Below, piece by piece: positions 1 to 8,448 of a stretch of DNA of 32,000 bases. The position numbers and the translations under genes are program-made. The stretch covers positions 540,001 to 572,000 of the forward strand of contig NC_009073.1 in NCBI RefSeq assembly GCF_000015805.1, written 5' to 3'. Under the pieces are notes generated by a model, which saw nothing but the letters and a program-made list of their open reading frames with translations, was not told the DNA's origin and ran no database searches. The stretch is from Pyrobaculum calidifontis JCM 11548. GTDB taxonomy: Archaea; Thermoproteota; Thermoprotei; Thermoproteales; Thermoproteaceae. Within the stretch, counting starts at the first letter, position 1. Each line of letters starts with the position of its first letter.

Positions 1-359
1 AGGCGTTTAAGAACGCGGCGGTGGCCTTAGCCGATCTCACGTACTACAGCGAGAGGGTGGAGCCGCGTATGGCTAAAAAGGTCGAGGTTGAGTACGACGA
101 CCTAGAGGGCCTACTGTTTAAGTGGATAGACGAGCTGCTCTTCCTCTTTGACGCGGAGAAGTTCGCCTGGGGTAGGAATATTGAAGTTGAGCTAAGACAG
201 GGGGTGGGCTACAGGATTTCTGCCACGTTGCACGGCGAGATGTACGACATCAACAAACACGGATTTACTGGCCTTATCGTAAAGGCCATGACTTTTCACA
301 TGATGGAGATTAAGAAGGTGGACGACTATTGGGTTCTTCAATACGTCGTTGATATATGA
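1..359 (+). CDS. Archease (C-terminal part; 5' end lies upstream of the window)
   Basis: The frame is open from nt 3 ([12 protein letters not shown]...). The C-terminus [22 protein letters not shown] fits the archease C-terminal signature as I remember it. The stop overlaps the next start (ATGA at 356-359). Confidence 0.8.
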   Translation, partial: AFKNAAVALADLTYYSERVEPRMAKKVEVEYDDLEGLLFKWIDELLFLFDAEKFAWGRNIEVELRQGVGYRISATLHGEMYDINKHGFTGLIVKAMTFHMMEIKKVDDYWVLQYVVDI

Positions 360-751
360 GACTCGACGAGGTGGGTGAGCGCATAGTTCTCCCGACTCCG
401 GTGCGCACTGTAAAACAAGCTGCGCAAGCGGTGGGGGTCTCCGAGGACAAAATTGTAAAAACGCTCGTAGTTAAATGTGGAGAAGAGTATCGGGCGTACA
501 TATTAAGGGGGACTAAGCGCTTGGACTTAGACAAATTGGGGTGTCGCATGGCTACCCCAGGGGAGGTGGCCGAGGTAACCGGGTATAACGTGGGCGGGGT
601 GCCGCCGGTTCTAAGAATTCCAGTGTACATAGATAGAGAGCTCTTGGCCGAGGATTACGTCTACGGAGGGGGAGGCGACGAGTACAGCCTCCTGCGGTTT
701 AGGCCCGCCGAGCTGGTCGAAAGGGGTTTAGCGACGCCAGTGGATATCTAG
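356..751 (+). CDS. YbaK/ProX-type aminoacyl-tRNA editing (deacylase) domain protein
   Basis: 131 aa. [11 protein letters not shown]...IVKTLVV...[10 protein letters not shown] is typical of the YbaK/EbsC/ProX trans-editing fold. Translationally coupled to archease. Confidence 0.65.
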   Translation: MRLDEVGERIVLPTPVRTVKQAAQAVGVSEDKIVKTLVVKCGEEYRAYILRGTKRLDLDKLGCRMATPGEVAEVTGYNVGGVPPVLRIPVYIDRELLAEDYVYGGGGDEYSLLRFRPAELVERGLATPVDI

Positions 752-851
752 ATTACTTCTATCTCTTCTTTGAGGTGTTCCAGTGGCCTTTTCTTGGCCC
801 CGAAGATCTTCCACAGTAGCTTCATGAATCAACCCGCTGTATGAGTATTAA

Positions 852-1133
852 ATGGCCAGGTTTAATTTGTGTATTGGTAATTTTAATCTGGCGGATAGGA
901 ATCATGTGGAGGCAGCGGTGGCTACTACATACCGTTGCCCCTTGTGTGGGGGGGCGTTGGAACTTATGGAAGATGGTAGGTACCTCTGGTTTGGGTGTTG
1001 GAGGTGTAAGATATATGTGAGAAGGGAGAAGGGGGAATTGGCGAAAAAGTTTGTGGATTATAGACGTAGGAGGTTTATGTGGAGTCAGATGATGGAGGAG
1101 CTCTATCGAATCTTCATGTCGCCTGTTGGCTAA
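852..1133 (+). CDS. Small zinc-ribbon protein, function unknown
   Basis: 93 aa with CPLCGG...(17 aa)...CWRC, a four-Cys ribbon pattern, and a basic C-terminal half. No family recognised. Confidence 0.45.
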   Translation: MARFNLCIGNFNLADRNHVEAAVATTYRCPLCGGALELMEDGRYLWFGCWRCKIYVRREKGELAKKFVDYRRRRFMWSQMMEELYRIFMSPVG

Positions 1134-1489
1134 TCTCCCCCCAGTTTGTACTCTCTGCCGTGTCGAACTATTCTCACCTCTGTTTTAACTGGCACTCTGA
1201 GGCCGGCTCTTAGTAGCATTTGGTAAAGCTCGTAGTCGGCTAGCTCCTTTATAACTCCCTGTAGGTGGAGTTCTGCTATTTTTCTGAATAGCGGAAGCAC
1301 ATACGGCTTGTACAGCTCAAGCGCGTTGTTTATAATTTCCTCTGCTCTATCTCCCTTTGTGATCTGTCTTACTATTCTTATGACCTCCTCGTCCGTTAAT
1401 GTCTTCCGCTGTGGTTGCGCGACTTCCCTGAGCTGGGTCTTTGCCAATTCTAGCGCCTTTTTCCTGAGGATGTTGTCGATCTCGTCCAC
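1130..1489 (-). CDS. PDCD5/TFAR19-like double-stranded DNA-binding protein
   Basis: 119 aa. The N-terminal helix is MDEIDNILRKKALELAK. The core is ...DRAEEIINNALELYKP...IKELADYELYQMLL.. with a basic tail, resembling the archaeal PDCD5-like (COG2118) family. Confidence 0.6.
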   Translation of the reverse strand: MDEIDNILRKKALELAKTQLREVAQPQRKTLTDEEVIRIVRQITKGDRAEEIINNALELYKPYVLPLFRKIAELHLQGVIKELADYELYQMLLRAGLRVPVKTEVRIVRHGREYKLGGD

Positions 1490-1516
1490 GGCTGTTAACT
1501 GGCTCGGTATTAAATC

Positions 1517-3064
1517 TTAATCTACGAAGAGCTCTGCCACCACTGTGGGCACGGTGTATCCCAGGGATATCAATATTTGGGGATTCACCTCGGCGACGTA
1601 GCCCTCCACGTCCCCCCTCACGGCTGCGGATCTGTTTGGTAGTGCCCACTCCGCCGCGGTGGGGCCTATTTCGCATGTAAGGCCATGGAGTCTGCAGAGG
1701 GTTTTTACTACAGAGAGCCCGTCTGTGAGAGTGGCCCCCTCTCTGCTTATTAGAAGCGTCAACGTCCTCCTAGTCCTGCCCTCTCTAACTACGTCCCCTA
1801 CTTCGAAGAGTTTTACCTCTTTCCGCCTCGTTAGGGCGGCTGTGGCGATAAGCTGTGGGATAATAGAGCATCTAACTGTGTCATAGAGCTCCGATATTGG
1901 GTTCAGCACCGTTGCGGGTTTGCAGAATGTTGTAACAACTCCGCTGGTCAAGACGTAGTTGTTCACCTCAGCGAAACCCATAGCCAGGAGCGTCTTCCTA
2001 AGCTCCTCGGTGAAGATCTCTGTCTTGTGGCGCCTGCCAGCCGTGAAAATAGGCGGCGTTTCTAGTGGTAAATTGTTATACCCAAGCACTATTGCCACCT
2101 CTTCTGCGACGTCTACCCACGACAACATGTTGATTCTATAGGGCGGCGCCACGGCCTCGCCCGCCTCGTAGCCTAGCCTGGCCTTTCCTAGGTATCTCTC
2201 AAACTCCTCTTGTCTCATGCGCATGCCTAAGAGGTTTTCCACGTCCTCCTTGCTTACCTTTATCCTCGTGTATCTGTGTACATATGTATTGCCCCCCTCG
2301 ACTATTTCCACTTCCTTGCTTCTGCCCCTCTCTATGAGTGCATAGATTAAGACGGACATGGCGTTTGATACAGCCTGTAGATCTGTTCCTGTGACATCTA
2401 TTAGGACAGCCCTGGTCTTCTCAGTTATTTTACAACACTCGGAGCCTAGCACTGGCACAACCACCATTATTTGCCCCGCGGCGTCTACCAGTGCCGGGGG
2501 GTTTTCCCGGTTTATGAGCTGGGAGTACTTCCTCCCCTGTTCCGTCTTCTCATACATCTCTCTAATGGGTATGGGGGATGTGAAGCCGAGAGGCGTATAC
2601 TCGTCGTCTCGTGATACGCGCGTATAGCGTATAGGCGGTTTTATCTTAGAAACGTCGTAGAACCCTATCGCTATTTTCCGCCTCCCTCTCCCATATGTCT
2701 CGTGTAACTTCTCCTGTAGCTGTATTAACTGTCTAATGGCCTCGTCGTCTAAGGCGACGTCTCTGACCACAGCCATAGATATGTACGGCCTCTCCTCTAT
2801 GTAGTCAGCCACGAGTTTAACAGAGGAGGTAGTGAGGCTTACGACGGGGAGACCTGTCTCGACGCCTGCCACGCCTTTCAAAGTTCTTGCGAGTCCCTCG
2901 GCGGAGAAGTGGTCTGGCCTATCGTGTGTAACCTCCAGTCTTACTCTCTCCCCCACATCTTCCTCTATTTCACATTTTACATATTCCAACAGTTTTACAA
3001 TTTCTTCAAAACGAAGGCCTACCAGACGCTCTAAGTCGAATTTCGCTACATCAATTACGGGCAC
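1517..3064 (-). CDS. pheT: Phenylalanyl-tRNA synthetase beta subunit (archaeal type)
   Basis: 515 aa. The N-terminus MPVIDVAKFDLERLVG is characteristic of archaeal PheRS-beta, and the B3/4 and B5-like regions follow collinearly. Confidence 0.9.
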   Translation of the reverse strand: MPVIDVAKFDLERLVGLRFEEIVKLLEYVKCEIEEDVGERVRLEVTHDRPDHFSAEGLARTLKGVAGVETGLPVVSLTTSSVKLVADYIEERPYISMAVVRDVALDDEAIRQLIQLQEKLHETYGRGRRKIAIGFYDVSKIKPPIRYTRVSRDDEYTPLGFTSPIPIREMYEKTEQGRKYSQLINRENPPALVDAAGQIMVVVPVLGSECCKITEKTRAVLIDVTGTDLQAVSNAMSVLIYALIERGRSKEVEIVEGGNTYVHRYTRIKVSKEDVENLLGMRMRQEEFERYLGKARLGYEAGEAVAPPYRINMLSWVDVAEEVAIVLGYNNLPLETPPIFTAGRRHKTEIFTEELRKTLLAMGFAEVNNYVLTSGVVTTFCKPATVLNPISELYDTVRCSIIPQLIATAALTRRKEVKLFEVGDVVREGRTRRTLTLLISREGATLTDGLSVVKTLCRLHGLTCEIGPTAAEWALPNRSAAVRGDVEGYVAEVNPQILISLGYTVPTVVAELFVD

Positions 3065-3111
3065 GGAATGTGGGAAAATGTAAGTATAAAAAGAGAAAAC
3101 TGGTGATAGGC

Positions 3112-3408
3112 ATGCGGCAACAAGTTGAACAGTACTTCAGAGAGCTGCAGGGGAAGATAGACGCCGAGGCCTTTACCGTGGAGTGGAGACAACACGAGGC
3201 TCTCGCACAGATACAGCTTGGCGACGATTTCTACCTATTTATTATCTTTTCGTGGTCTGACAACGACTGCGTCGTTGAATACATGATAGGCGATGAGAAC
3301 GCCGTAATACAGGCTAGACACTTAGACAAGCTAGATCAAGCCGTGGCAACGCTTAAGTTGGCCCACCGCCTCGCTACTGAGAAGTTTTCCTGCCTAAGGC
3401 CTTCCTAA
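3112..3408 (+). CDS. Hypothetical protein (98 aa from ATG 3112; ORF track extends to GTG 3070)
   Basis: TATAAAAA at 3085-3092 lies about 24 nt upstream of ATG 3112, consistent with a leaderless start. No motif recognised. The 3' end overlaps the convergent nuclease gene by 35 nt. Confidence 0.4.
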   Translation: MRQQVEQYFRELQGKIDAEAFTVEWRQHEALAQIQLGDDFYLFIIFSWSDNDCVVEYMIGDENAVIQARHLDKLDQAVATLKLAHRLATEKFSCLRPS

Positions 3409-3976
3409 TTCTTTCTCTGAGTACGTTTATCAACACCTCGTCGTCTTTGTCGTCGTTGGGGTATATGAACACCTCCTCCTCGGGCACCACTACGCCGTCT
3501 CCCCTCTCCACGAAGTATATTAGGCGGAGGGGGTAGTCGTATCCGGACCGTCTGTACAACATGCGCATTATTTTAGTCGCCAGCGACCACTCGGCCTTCG
3601 TCTTCCACTCGCCCTTCTTAAGTATATGGGACTTCAGCTCTACTAGTTCCTTTTTTCCATCGGCATATTTTACAATGAAGTCGGCCTGGGCGCTTATTGT
3701 AACTCCGTCAAGCGACAGTGACACAGGCGGCGCAGGCTCTATCTCCACCACCTTCTTAGCCCAAGGGGTCAACTTCAGCAACTTGTTAAAAGCGCCTGTG
3801 TGAGGCTCCCCGTAGTGTTCTATGAAGGTGCGTATCGCCGCGACGGAGTCCTTTGCCTTTATGAGAATTAAGACGGCTTTTTCAAAGGCCTTGCCGTACC
3901 TAGAGCTGAGTAAATCGGGCTTCTCTAGCCTTATCAAATCGCTAAGGCGCATCTTTAGCCTCTTGGCAAAGCCCAT
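3374..3976 (-). CDS. PD-(D/E)XK (RecB/Cas4-like) nuclease-fold protein
   Basis: 200 aa. GVTISAQADFIVKYADGKKELVELKS gives the hhD...(n)...ExK catalytic pattern, followed by a helix ending ..IMRMLY (QxxxY-like position). It lacks the Cas4 Cys cluster. Divergent from the C5 methyltransferase. Confidence 0.55.
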   Translation of the reverse strand: MGFAKRLKMRLSDLIRLEKPDLLSSRYGKAFEKAVLILIKAKDSVAAIRTFIEHYGEPHTGAFNKLLKLTPWAKKVVEIEPAPPVSLSLDGVTISAQADFIVKYADGKKELVELKSHILKKGEWKTKAEWSLATKIMRMLYRRSGYDYPLRLIYFVERGDGVVVPEEEVFIYPNDDKDDEVLINVLRERIRKALGRKTSQ

Positions 3977-3993
3977 GCCTTCCTTTGCCCTTG

Positions 3994-4003
3994 TATTTAA
4001 ATA
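3994..4003. promoter_or_regulatory. Perfectly palindromic TATA box TATTTAAATA between the divergent nuclease and methyltransferase genes
   Basis: It lies about 22 nt from the nuclease ATG (3976) and 18-30 nt from the two candidate methyltransferase starts (4016 and 4028). Confidence 0.5.
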
Positions 4004-4015
4004 CTTTACTCACTA

Positions 4016-4969
4016 GTGAAACATAATATGAACGTCGTTGACTTATTCGCCGGGGGAGGCGGCTTTGCCCTCGGATTTAGACAAGCTGGGTTTAGGATTT
4101 TAACAGCGGTTGAAATAGACAGAGACGCCGCGCGTACCTACAGCTTTAATCACCCAGACGTGGTAGTGCTACAGGAGGACATTAGAGATGTAGATTACAA
4201 AGACTTAGAAGCTTGGGGGAAAGTGGACGTAGTCATTGGGAGCCCGCCGTGTGAGCCCTTCACCGCCGCAAATCCCAACAGGATGGACGACCCAGCGGAT
4301 CGGCTGTATGTAGACCCCGCGGGCCAGCTCACGCTTGAGTTCATAAGGCTCGTGGGAGAGCTTGGGCCAAAGATCTTTGTTATGGAGAACGTCGCAGCTT
4401 TGGCAGAGGAGCCCCTGAGGACGTACTTGGAGAAGGAGTTCAAGAGGTGGGGATACGAGGTCTACTTCAACGTGCTCCATGCGGAGGACTACGGAGTGCC
4501 TAGTAGGAGAAGGCGCGTGTTCGTATCCAACGTGGAAATAAGGCCCTCCAAAACCGGCGTAGTCACTGTGCGCAAGGCAATTTACTCAATGCCGCCGCCC
4601 GACAGCGGCCTTCTGCCCAACCACGAGTCTGTCGCCATTAGCCCAAGGAAGCAGGAGAGAATTATGCGCCTAAGGCCCGGCGAGGCTTTAATGAAGTACA
4701 GGGGAGCTGGCGGCTTTTATGAGAACTACATACGCCTAGTGTGGGACGACGTGGCTCCCACGGTGATGGGATCTAGGAGATTTGTACATCCCGAAGAACA
4801 CCGCGTGCTCACGGTGCGTGAGCAAGCCAGATTGATGGGGTACCCTGACTACTACGTCTTCTTCGGCTCTAAGGACTCGCAGTTCAACCAAGTGGGGGAG
4901 AGCGTCCCGCCGCCTCTTGCGTATGCAATCGCCGTGGAGGTGAAAAAATATTTAGAGAGGCGGGAGTAG
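4016..4969 (+). CDS. DNA (cytosine-5)-methyltransferase
   Basis: Motif I VVDLFAGGGGFALG, motif IV GSPPCEPFT (PCE instead of PCQ), motif VI MENV, motif VIII PSRRRRVFV, TRD ..APTVMGS.., motif IX REQARLMGYPDYYVF, motif X GESVPPPLA. The real start may be ATG 4028 (MNVVDLF) rather than GTG 4016. Confidence 0.9.
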   Translation: MKHNMNVVDLFAGGGGFALGFRQAGFRILTAVEIDRDAARTYSFNHPDVVVLQEDIRDVDYKDLEAWGKVDVVIGSPPCEPFTAANPNRMDDPADRLYVDPAGQLTLEFIRLVGELGPKIFVMENVAALAEEPLRTYLEKEFKRWGYEVYFNVLHAEDYGVPSRRRRVFVSNVEIRPSKTGVVTVRKAIYSMPPPDSGLLPNHESVAISPRKQERIMRLRPGEALMKYRGAGGFYENYIRLVWDDVAPTVMGSRRFVHPEEHRVLTVREQARLMGYPDYYVFFGSKDSQFNQVGESVPPPLAYAIAVEVKKYLERRE

Positions 4970-4973
4970 AGGC

Positions 4974-5831
4974 GTGGCTAAGGTGCCCTGCCCCTCCTGT
5001 GGCCGCCTCGTGGATAAACTAATAGAGGGGCTGTGCGAAGACTGCTACATCGAGCGACACCCTCTCGTTGAGTACAGGGAAGGAGAAATTCTTCGATGCA
5101 AGTACTGTGGCGCAGTGTTCTTAAAAGGTAAATGGATGAGGGGGAGGGGGGATCAGGTCTTCTTAAAGATACTGAGTGAAAAGGGCAAGGTCGTTGGAAA
5201 AGTAGAACAAATAGATGCTAGAGACTTCACAGACTATGCCGAATTATTTCTCACATTGCATGGATCTCCGCATCCAGAAATACCGCCGCGTACACTTAAG
5301 TACAATATAAGAATACCTTTTAAGCTTGACATATGTAATGTTTGTATGGAGAAGTTGAGTAAGAGGGAGGTGGCTGTTCTTCAAATTAGGGCTAGTCCAA
5401 GGCCACTGGATGCTGAATTTAAAAAGAAAATTTTGCATATAGTAGAGCAAGAATTATTAAAGTTAAAAAGTAAAAAAATAGGATTTGTTTCTAGTATTAA
5501 AGAAGCGGCAAGCGGCATTGACATATATACTACTTCGGCAAATTTGGCCAGACACTTAGCTCGCGTAATTCATGAGACATGGCCGAGTTACGCCATGGAG
5601 ACCGCCAAAGTCGTAGGCATTAGAGATGGGAAAAAAGTGTACCACATGACATATCTTGTGCGTCTATTTACATACCGGGTGGGAGATTTGATAATAGTAG
5701 GAGGAAGTGAGAAGGTGGTTACAGAGTTAAACAACAAGTATATAGGTGTTCGTGATGTCCAAAGTGGGGGGTATGAACAAATACCTATTTCGGATTTTGT
5801 CCATAAAACTGTTCTATACAAAGGAAGTTAA
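4974..5831 (+). CDS. NMD3-family protein (archaeal homologue of the 60S export adaptor)
   Basis: The N-terminus CPSCG..(11)..CEDC...(18)..CKYCG...GKW reproduces the NMD3 N-terminal Cys4+Cys4 pattern. GTG start. Confidence 0.7.
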   Translation: MAKVPCPSCGRLVDKLIEGLCEDCYIERHPLVEYREGEILRCKYCGAVFLKGKWMRGRGDQVFLKILSEKGKVVGKVEQIDARDFTDYAELFLTLHGSPHPEIPPRTLKYNIRIPFKLDICNVCMEKLSKREVAVLQIRASPRPLDAEFKKKILHIVEQELLKLKSKKIGFVSSIKEAASGIDIYTTSANLARHLARVIHETWPSYAMETAKVVGIRDGKKVYHMTYLVRLFTYRVGDLIIVGGSEKVVTELNNKYIGVRDVQSGGYEQIPISDFVHKTVLYKGS

Positions 5832-5862
5832 TTGTTAAAAAGGTCGCTACAACTTCCTACCC

Positions 5863-6336
5863 ATGTATCCCACGGTGGTTATACGGCCGGCAAGAAGGGA
5901 AGACTTAGATGCAATAACGCAACTTATAGTTCGTCTTAAACGTCTAAATGCAGAATTTGACCCTCTTCTGGAGGTGGTGCCGGAGATCGTAGAAGCATCT
6001 CGCAAGTATGTAGAAAACGCACTCGAAAGCCCCTCTTCGGTGGTGTTAGTTGCAGTAGAGGGGGATAGAATAGTGGGTGTTTTCAAAGGTGATGTTGAAG
6101 ATAGGATTTTTTACAAGCCGCGTTATGCCGGTGTTATTAGAGAATTCTACGTACTTCCAGAGTATAGGAGAAAAGGCATTGGTAAAAGACTTATGATGGA
6201 GGGGATAGAACTTCTCAGGAAGAAAGGCGCCGAGTTAATCATGGCATCGTTTCCCGCCCTCAATGAAATAGCGGTGAACTTCTATAAAAAGATGAACTTT
6301 AGGCCTATAGAGTATCTCTTTGCAAAAGAAATATAG
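5863..6336 (+). CDS. GNAT-family N-acetyltransferase
   Basis: 157 aa. The acetyl-CoA motif A is YVLPEYRRKGIGKRLM. TTAAAAA at 5835-5841 lies 25 nt upstream of the ATG. Confidence 0.8.
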   Translation: MYPTVVIRPARREDLDAITQLIVRLKRLNAEFDPLLEVVPEIVEASRKYVENALESPSSVVLVAVEGDRIVGVFKGDVEDRIFYKPRYAGVIREFYVLPEYRRKGIGKRLMMEGIELLRKKGAELIMASFPALNEIAVNFYKKMNFRPIEYLFAKEI

Positions 6337-6339
6337 TTT

Positions 6340-7656
6340 TTATAATTCCTTTATTAATTCTACTACTTTGTCGGCAAATTCTTGTGTGCCTAAGACTTCT
6401 TTTACCCGTTGTTTTCTCTCCTCTTCGTCCATTTGTCTTGCTAAATCGCCGGTGAAGTAGCCTTCTGTGTACGCCTTTTCTATCCCCTTCATTATCAAGT
6501 CTGCGGCCTCTCTCCAGCCCATGAATCTGAGCAATAGCTCTAGGGCCAAGATCGTGGCAGTGGGATTTACATAGTTCTTTCCTCTGTACTTGGGCGCCGT
6601 TCCGTGTACTGGCTCTGCCATCATGCCCCAGTCGCCGACATCGAGGCCGGGGGCTACTCCTAGCCCTCCCACTAGGCCTGCCGCCTCATCGCTTACATAG
6701 TCTCCATTCAGGTTAGGTGCAAGTATTACATCATATTCGTTAGTACGTGTGAGAAGTTGCTGAAGCATGTTGTCGGCTATTCTGTCGTTAACAAGGATTT
6801 TTCCAGGTGGCACCTTTCCTCCGTATTGGGCTAGCTCGTCTTCAAACACCACGTAGTCTCTAAACTCGTTCCTAGCGACTTCAAAGGCCCACTCTCTAAA
6901 CGCCCCCTCGGTGTACTTCTGGATGTTTCCCTTGTGCATGACGGTGACCACTCTCCTCTTGTTTTCCACGGCGAATTTAAGGGCGAGTCTCGCAATTCTC
7001 TGGGTGCCAAATTTGCTTATGGGCTTAATCCCTATGCCCGCGTCGTCTCTTATTGATATGCCGAATTCTCTCTTGAGAAATTCCCTTAGCTTGGCGGCCT
7101 CTGGGCTATTATAAGGCCACTCAATTCCTGCATATACGTCCTCAGTATTCTCTCTAAATATAACCAAATCTACTTGCGGCTTTTTCAGTGGCGACGGGAG
7201 ACCTGGGAAGTATTTGACAGGCCTTATGTTGGCATATAGGTCGAATAGCTGTCTAAGTGTCACATTTATGCTTCTAAACCCGCCGCCAACCGGGGTCTCT
7301 AATGGGGCCTTGAGAAAGACCTTGACTTTTTTCAAAACCTCAATGCTCTGGTCAGGGAGCCTGTTCCCAAAGAGCTTTTCAGCTTTTTCGCCGACCACCA
7401 CTTCGTACCATATTATCTTCCTGGCTTTTCCATATGCCTTTTCCACCGCGGCGTTGGCTACTCTTATTGCCGCGTAGGCGACTTCGGGGCCTATTCCGTC
7501 GCCCTCTATGTAGCCTATTACCACCTTGTCGGGGACTTTTAACTGGCCGGGGCCTGTGTATTGGACGTATTCCCCCTCTGGCGGCTCTACGTATTTACCG
7601 TTGTACGGTACGAGGTTTGGTATAGACTCTCTAAGCTTATCTAGATTTATCGACAT
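6340..7656 (-). CDS. icd: Isocitrate dehydrogenase (NADP-type, IDH/IMDH family)
   Basis: 438 aa. GDGIGPEV, SINVTLRQLFDLYANIRPV, FRENTEDVYAG, NLNGDYVSDEAA and the C-terminal region match prokaryotic ICDH. Confidence 0.9.
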   Translation of the reverse strand: MSINLDKLRESIPNLVPYNGKYVEPPEGEYVQYTGPGQLKVPDKVVIGYIEGDGIGPEVAYAAIRVANAAVEKAYGKARKIIWYEVVVGEKAEKLFGNRLPDQSIEVLKKVKVFLKAPLETPVGGGFRSINVTLRQLFDLYANIRPVKYFPGLPSPLKKPQVDLVIFRENTEDVYAGIEWPYNSPEAAKLREFLKREFGISIRDDAGIGIKPISKFGTQRIARLALKFAVENKRRVVTVMHKGNIQKYTEGAFREWAFEVARNEFRDYVVFEDELAQYGGKVPPGKILVNDRIADNMLQQLLTRTNEYDVILAPNLNGDYVSDEAAGLVGGLGVAPGLDVGDWGMMAEPVHGTAPKYRGKNYVNPTATILALELLLRFMGWREAADLIMKGIEKAYTEGYFTGDLARQMDEEERKQRVKEVLGTQEFADKVVELIKEL

Positions 7657-7751
7657 CGAGGGAGGCAGGGCCCACTATTAAAATGTTTTACTTAGGCTAA
7701 GTATCACTCAGTATTAGTTAATTGGCTATTATACTAACGTCGGGCAGTTAC

Positions 7752-8423
7752 ATGGCTGAGGGCTCTGGTCGGCCTGTTGTTGTAACACTGGAGGGAGAGA
7801 AGAGGAATGCATTTACATACAGGCTTATTGAAAAGCTTCTGGGTATAGAGTGTAAAGACATTACCGTTATAACAAACTCCGGCAACGTATTTTCATCGGG
7901 GCTAGATCTCTCGGTGTTTTTACAGGGGCGAGACGCGGTGTTGGAGTACCTTTTTAGAATTCACAGGCTTGTAAAAAAGTTGCTCAGTTGCGAGGGGCGC
8001 TTGATTGCCGTAGTCAATGGCGACGTGTACGGCTTTGGGGTTGAGTTTCTCTACTTCATGGACTACGTCGTAGCCGCTAAGCGTGATTACAAGTTTTCGC
8101 TACAGGGGGTAAATCTCGGCGTATTTCCGCCGTATACCGCCGCTGTTGGTAGAAGGCTGTTTGCCCCGGCGCATCTGCGAGTTGTGCTAAACAGAGAATT
8201 TACGGCCGAGGAGGCTTTTCACTTTGGGATAGTCTCTCAAGTAGGAGACTTGGAGCTCAAGAAGCTGTTTTCTCCTCCTGCATACGTCGCCGAGGTGGTA
8301 AGCCATAGGAGGTGGCTGGTCTCCTTCGTAGATGAGGCCATTCCCGTTTTTTACAAGTTGGCCGAGGTGGCGACCCGGGAGGAGACTGTAAAGCGGCTTA
8401 GGGAGTTTTTTAAGAAAAGCTAA
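7752..8423 (+). CDS. Crotonase-fold (enoyl-CoA hydratase/isomerase family) protein
   Basis: ..RNAFTYRLIEKL...FSSGLDLS...IAVVNGDVYGFGVEFLYFMDYVVAA...FSLQGVNLGVFP follows the crotonase oxyanion-hole layout. ATG 7752 is preferred over TTG 7722 because a TATA-like CTATTATAC sits at 7726-7734. Confidence 0.6.
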   Translation: MAEGSGRPVVVTLEGEKRNAFTYRLIEKLLGIECKDITVITNSGNVFSSGLDLSVFLQGRDAVLEYLFRIHRLVKKLLSCEGRLIAVVNGDVYGFGVEFLYFMDYVVAAKRDYKFSLQGVNLGVFPPYTAAVGRRLFAPAHLRVVLNREFTAEEAFHFGIVSQVGDLELKKLFSPPAYVAEVVSHRRWLVSFVDEAIPVFYKLAEVATREETVKRLREFFKKS

Positions 8424-8448
8424 ATTCCCGGAATTGAGTATTTGACGG

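Noticed and set aside
310-630. Long ORFs antisense to or out of frame with well-supported genes. Examples: 310-630(-), 1347-1676(-), 7434-7625(+), 8187-8573(-), 9512-9919(-), 19123-19585(+), 22364-22684(-), 23247-23879(+), 29457-29891(+), 31033-31275(-).
   Set aside because: Each lies inside a gene with strong family motifs on the other strand or frame. Their translations are low-complexity (R/S/P/L-rich) with no motifs. They are typical shadow ORFs of GC-balanced coding sequence.
748-825. A 25-aa minus-strand ORF ([25 protein letters not shown]) in the 100-bp gap after the YbaK-like gene.
   Set aside because: It is too short to evaluate from sequence alone. I found no convincing TATA spacing and no conservation information. 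I also scanned the gap for C/D boxes and found none with correct spacing.
841-1020. A 59-aa alternative-frame ORF (MSIKWPGLICVLVILIW...) overlapping the 93-aa zinc-ribbon ORF.
   Set aside because: It is Trp/Gly/Arg-rich with no recognisable features. The competing frame has a clean CxxC...CxxC ribbon, so it is probably the real gene, though neither ORF is strongly supported.
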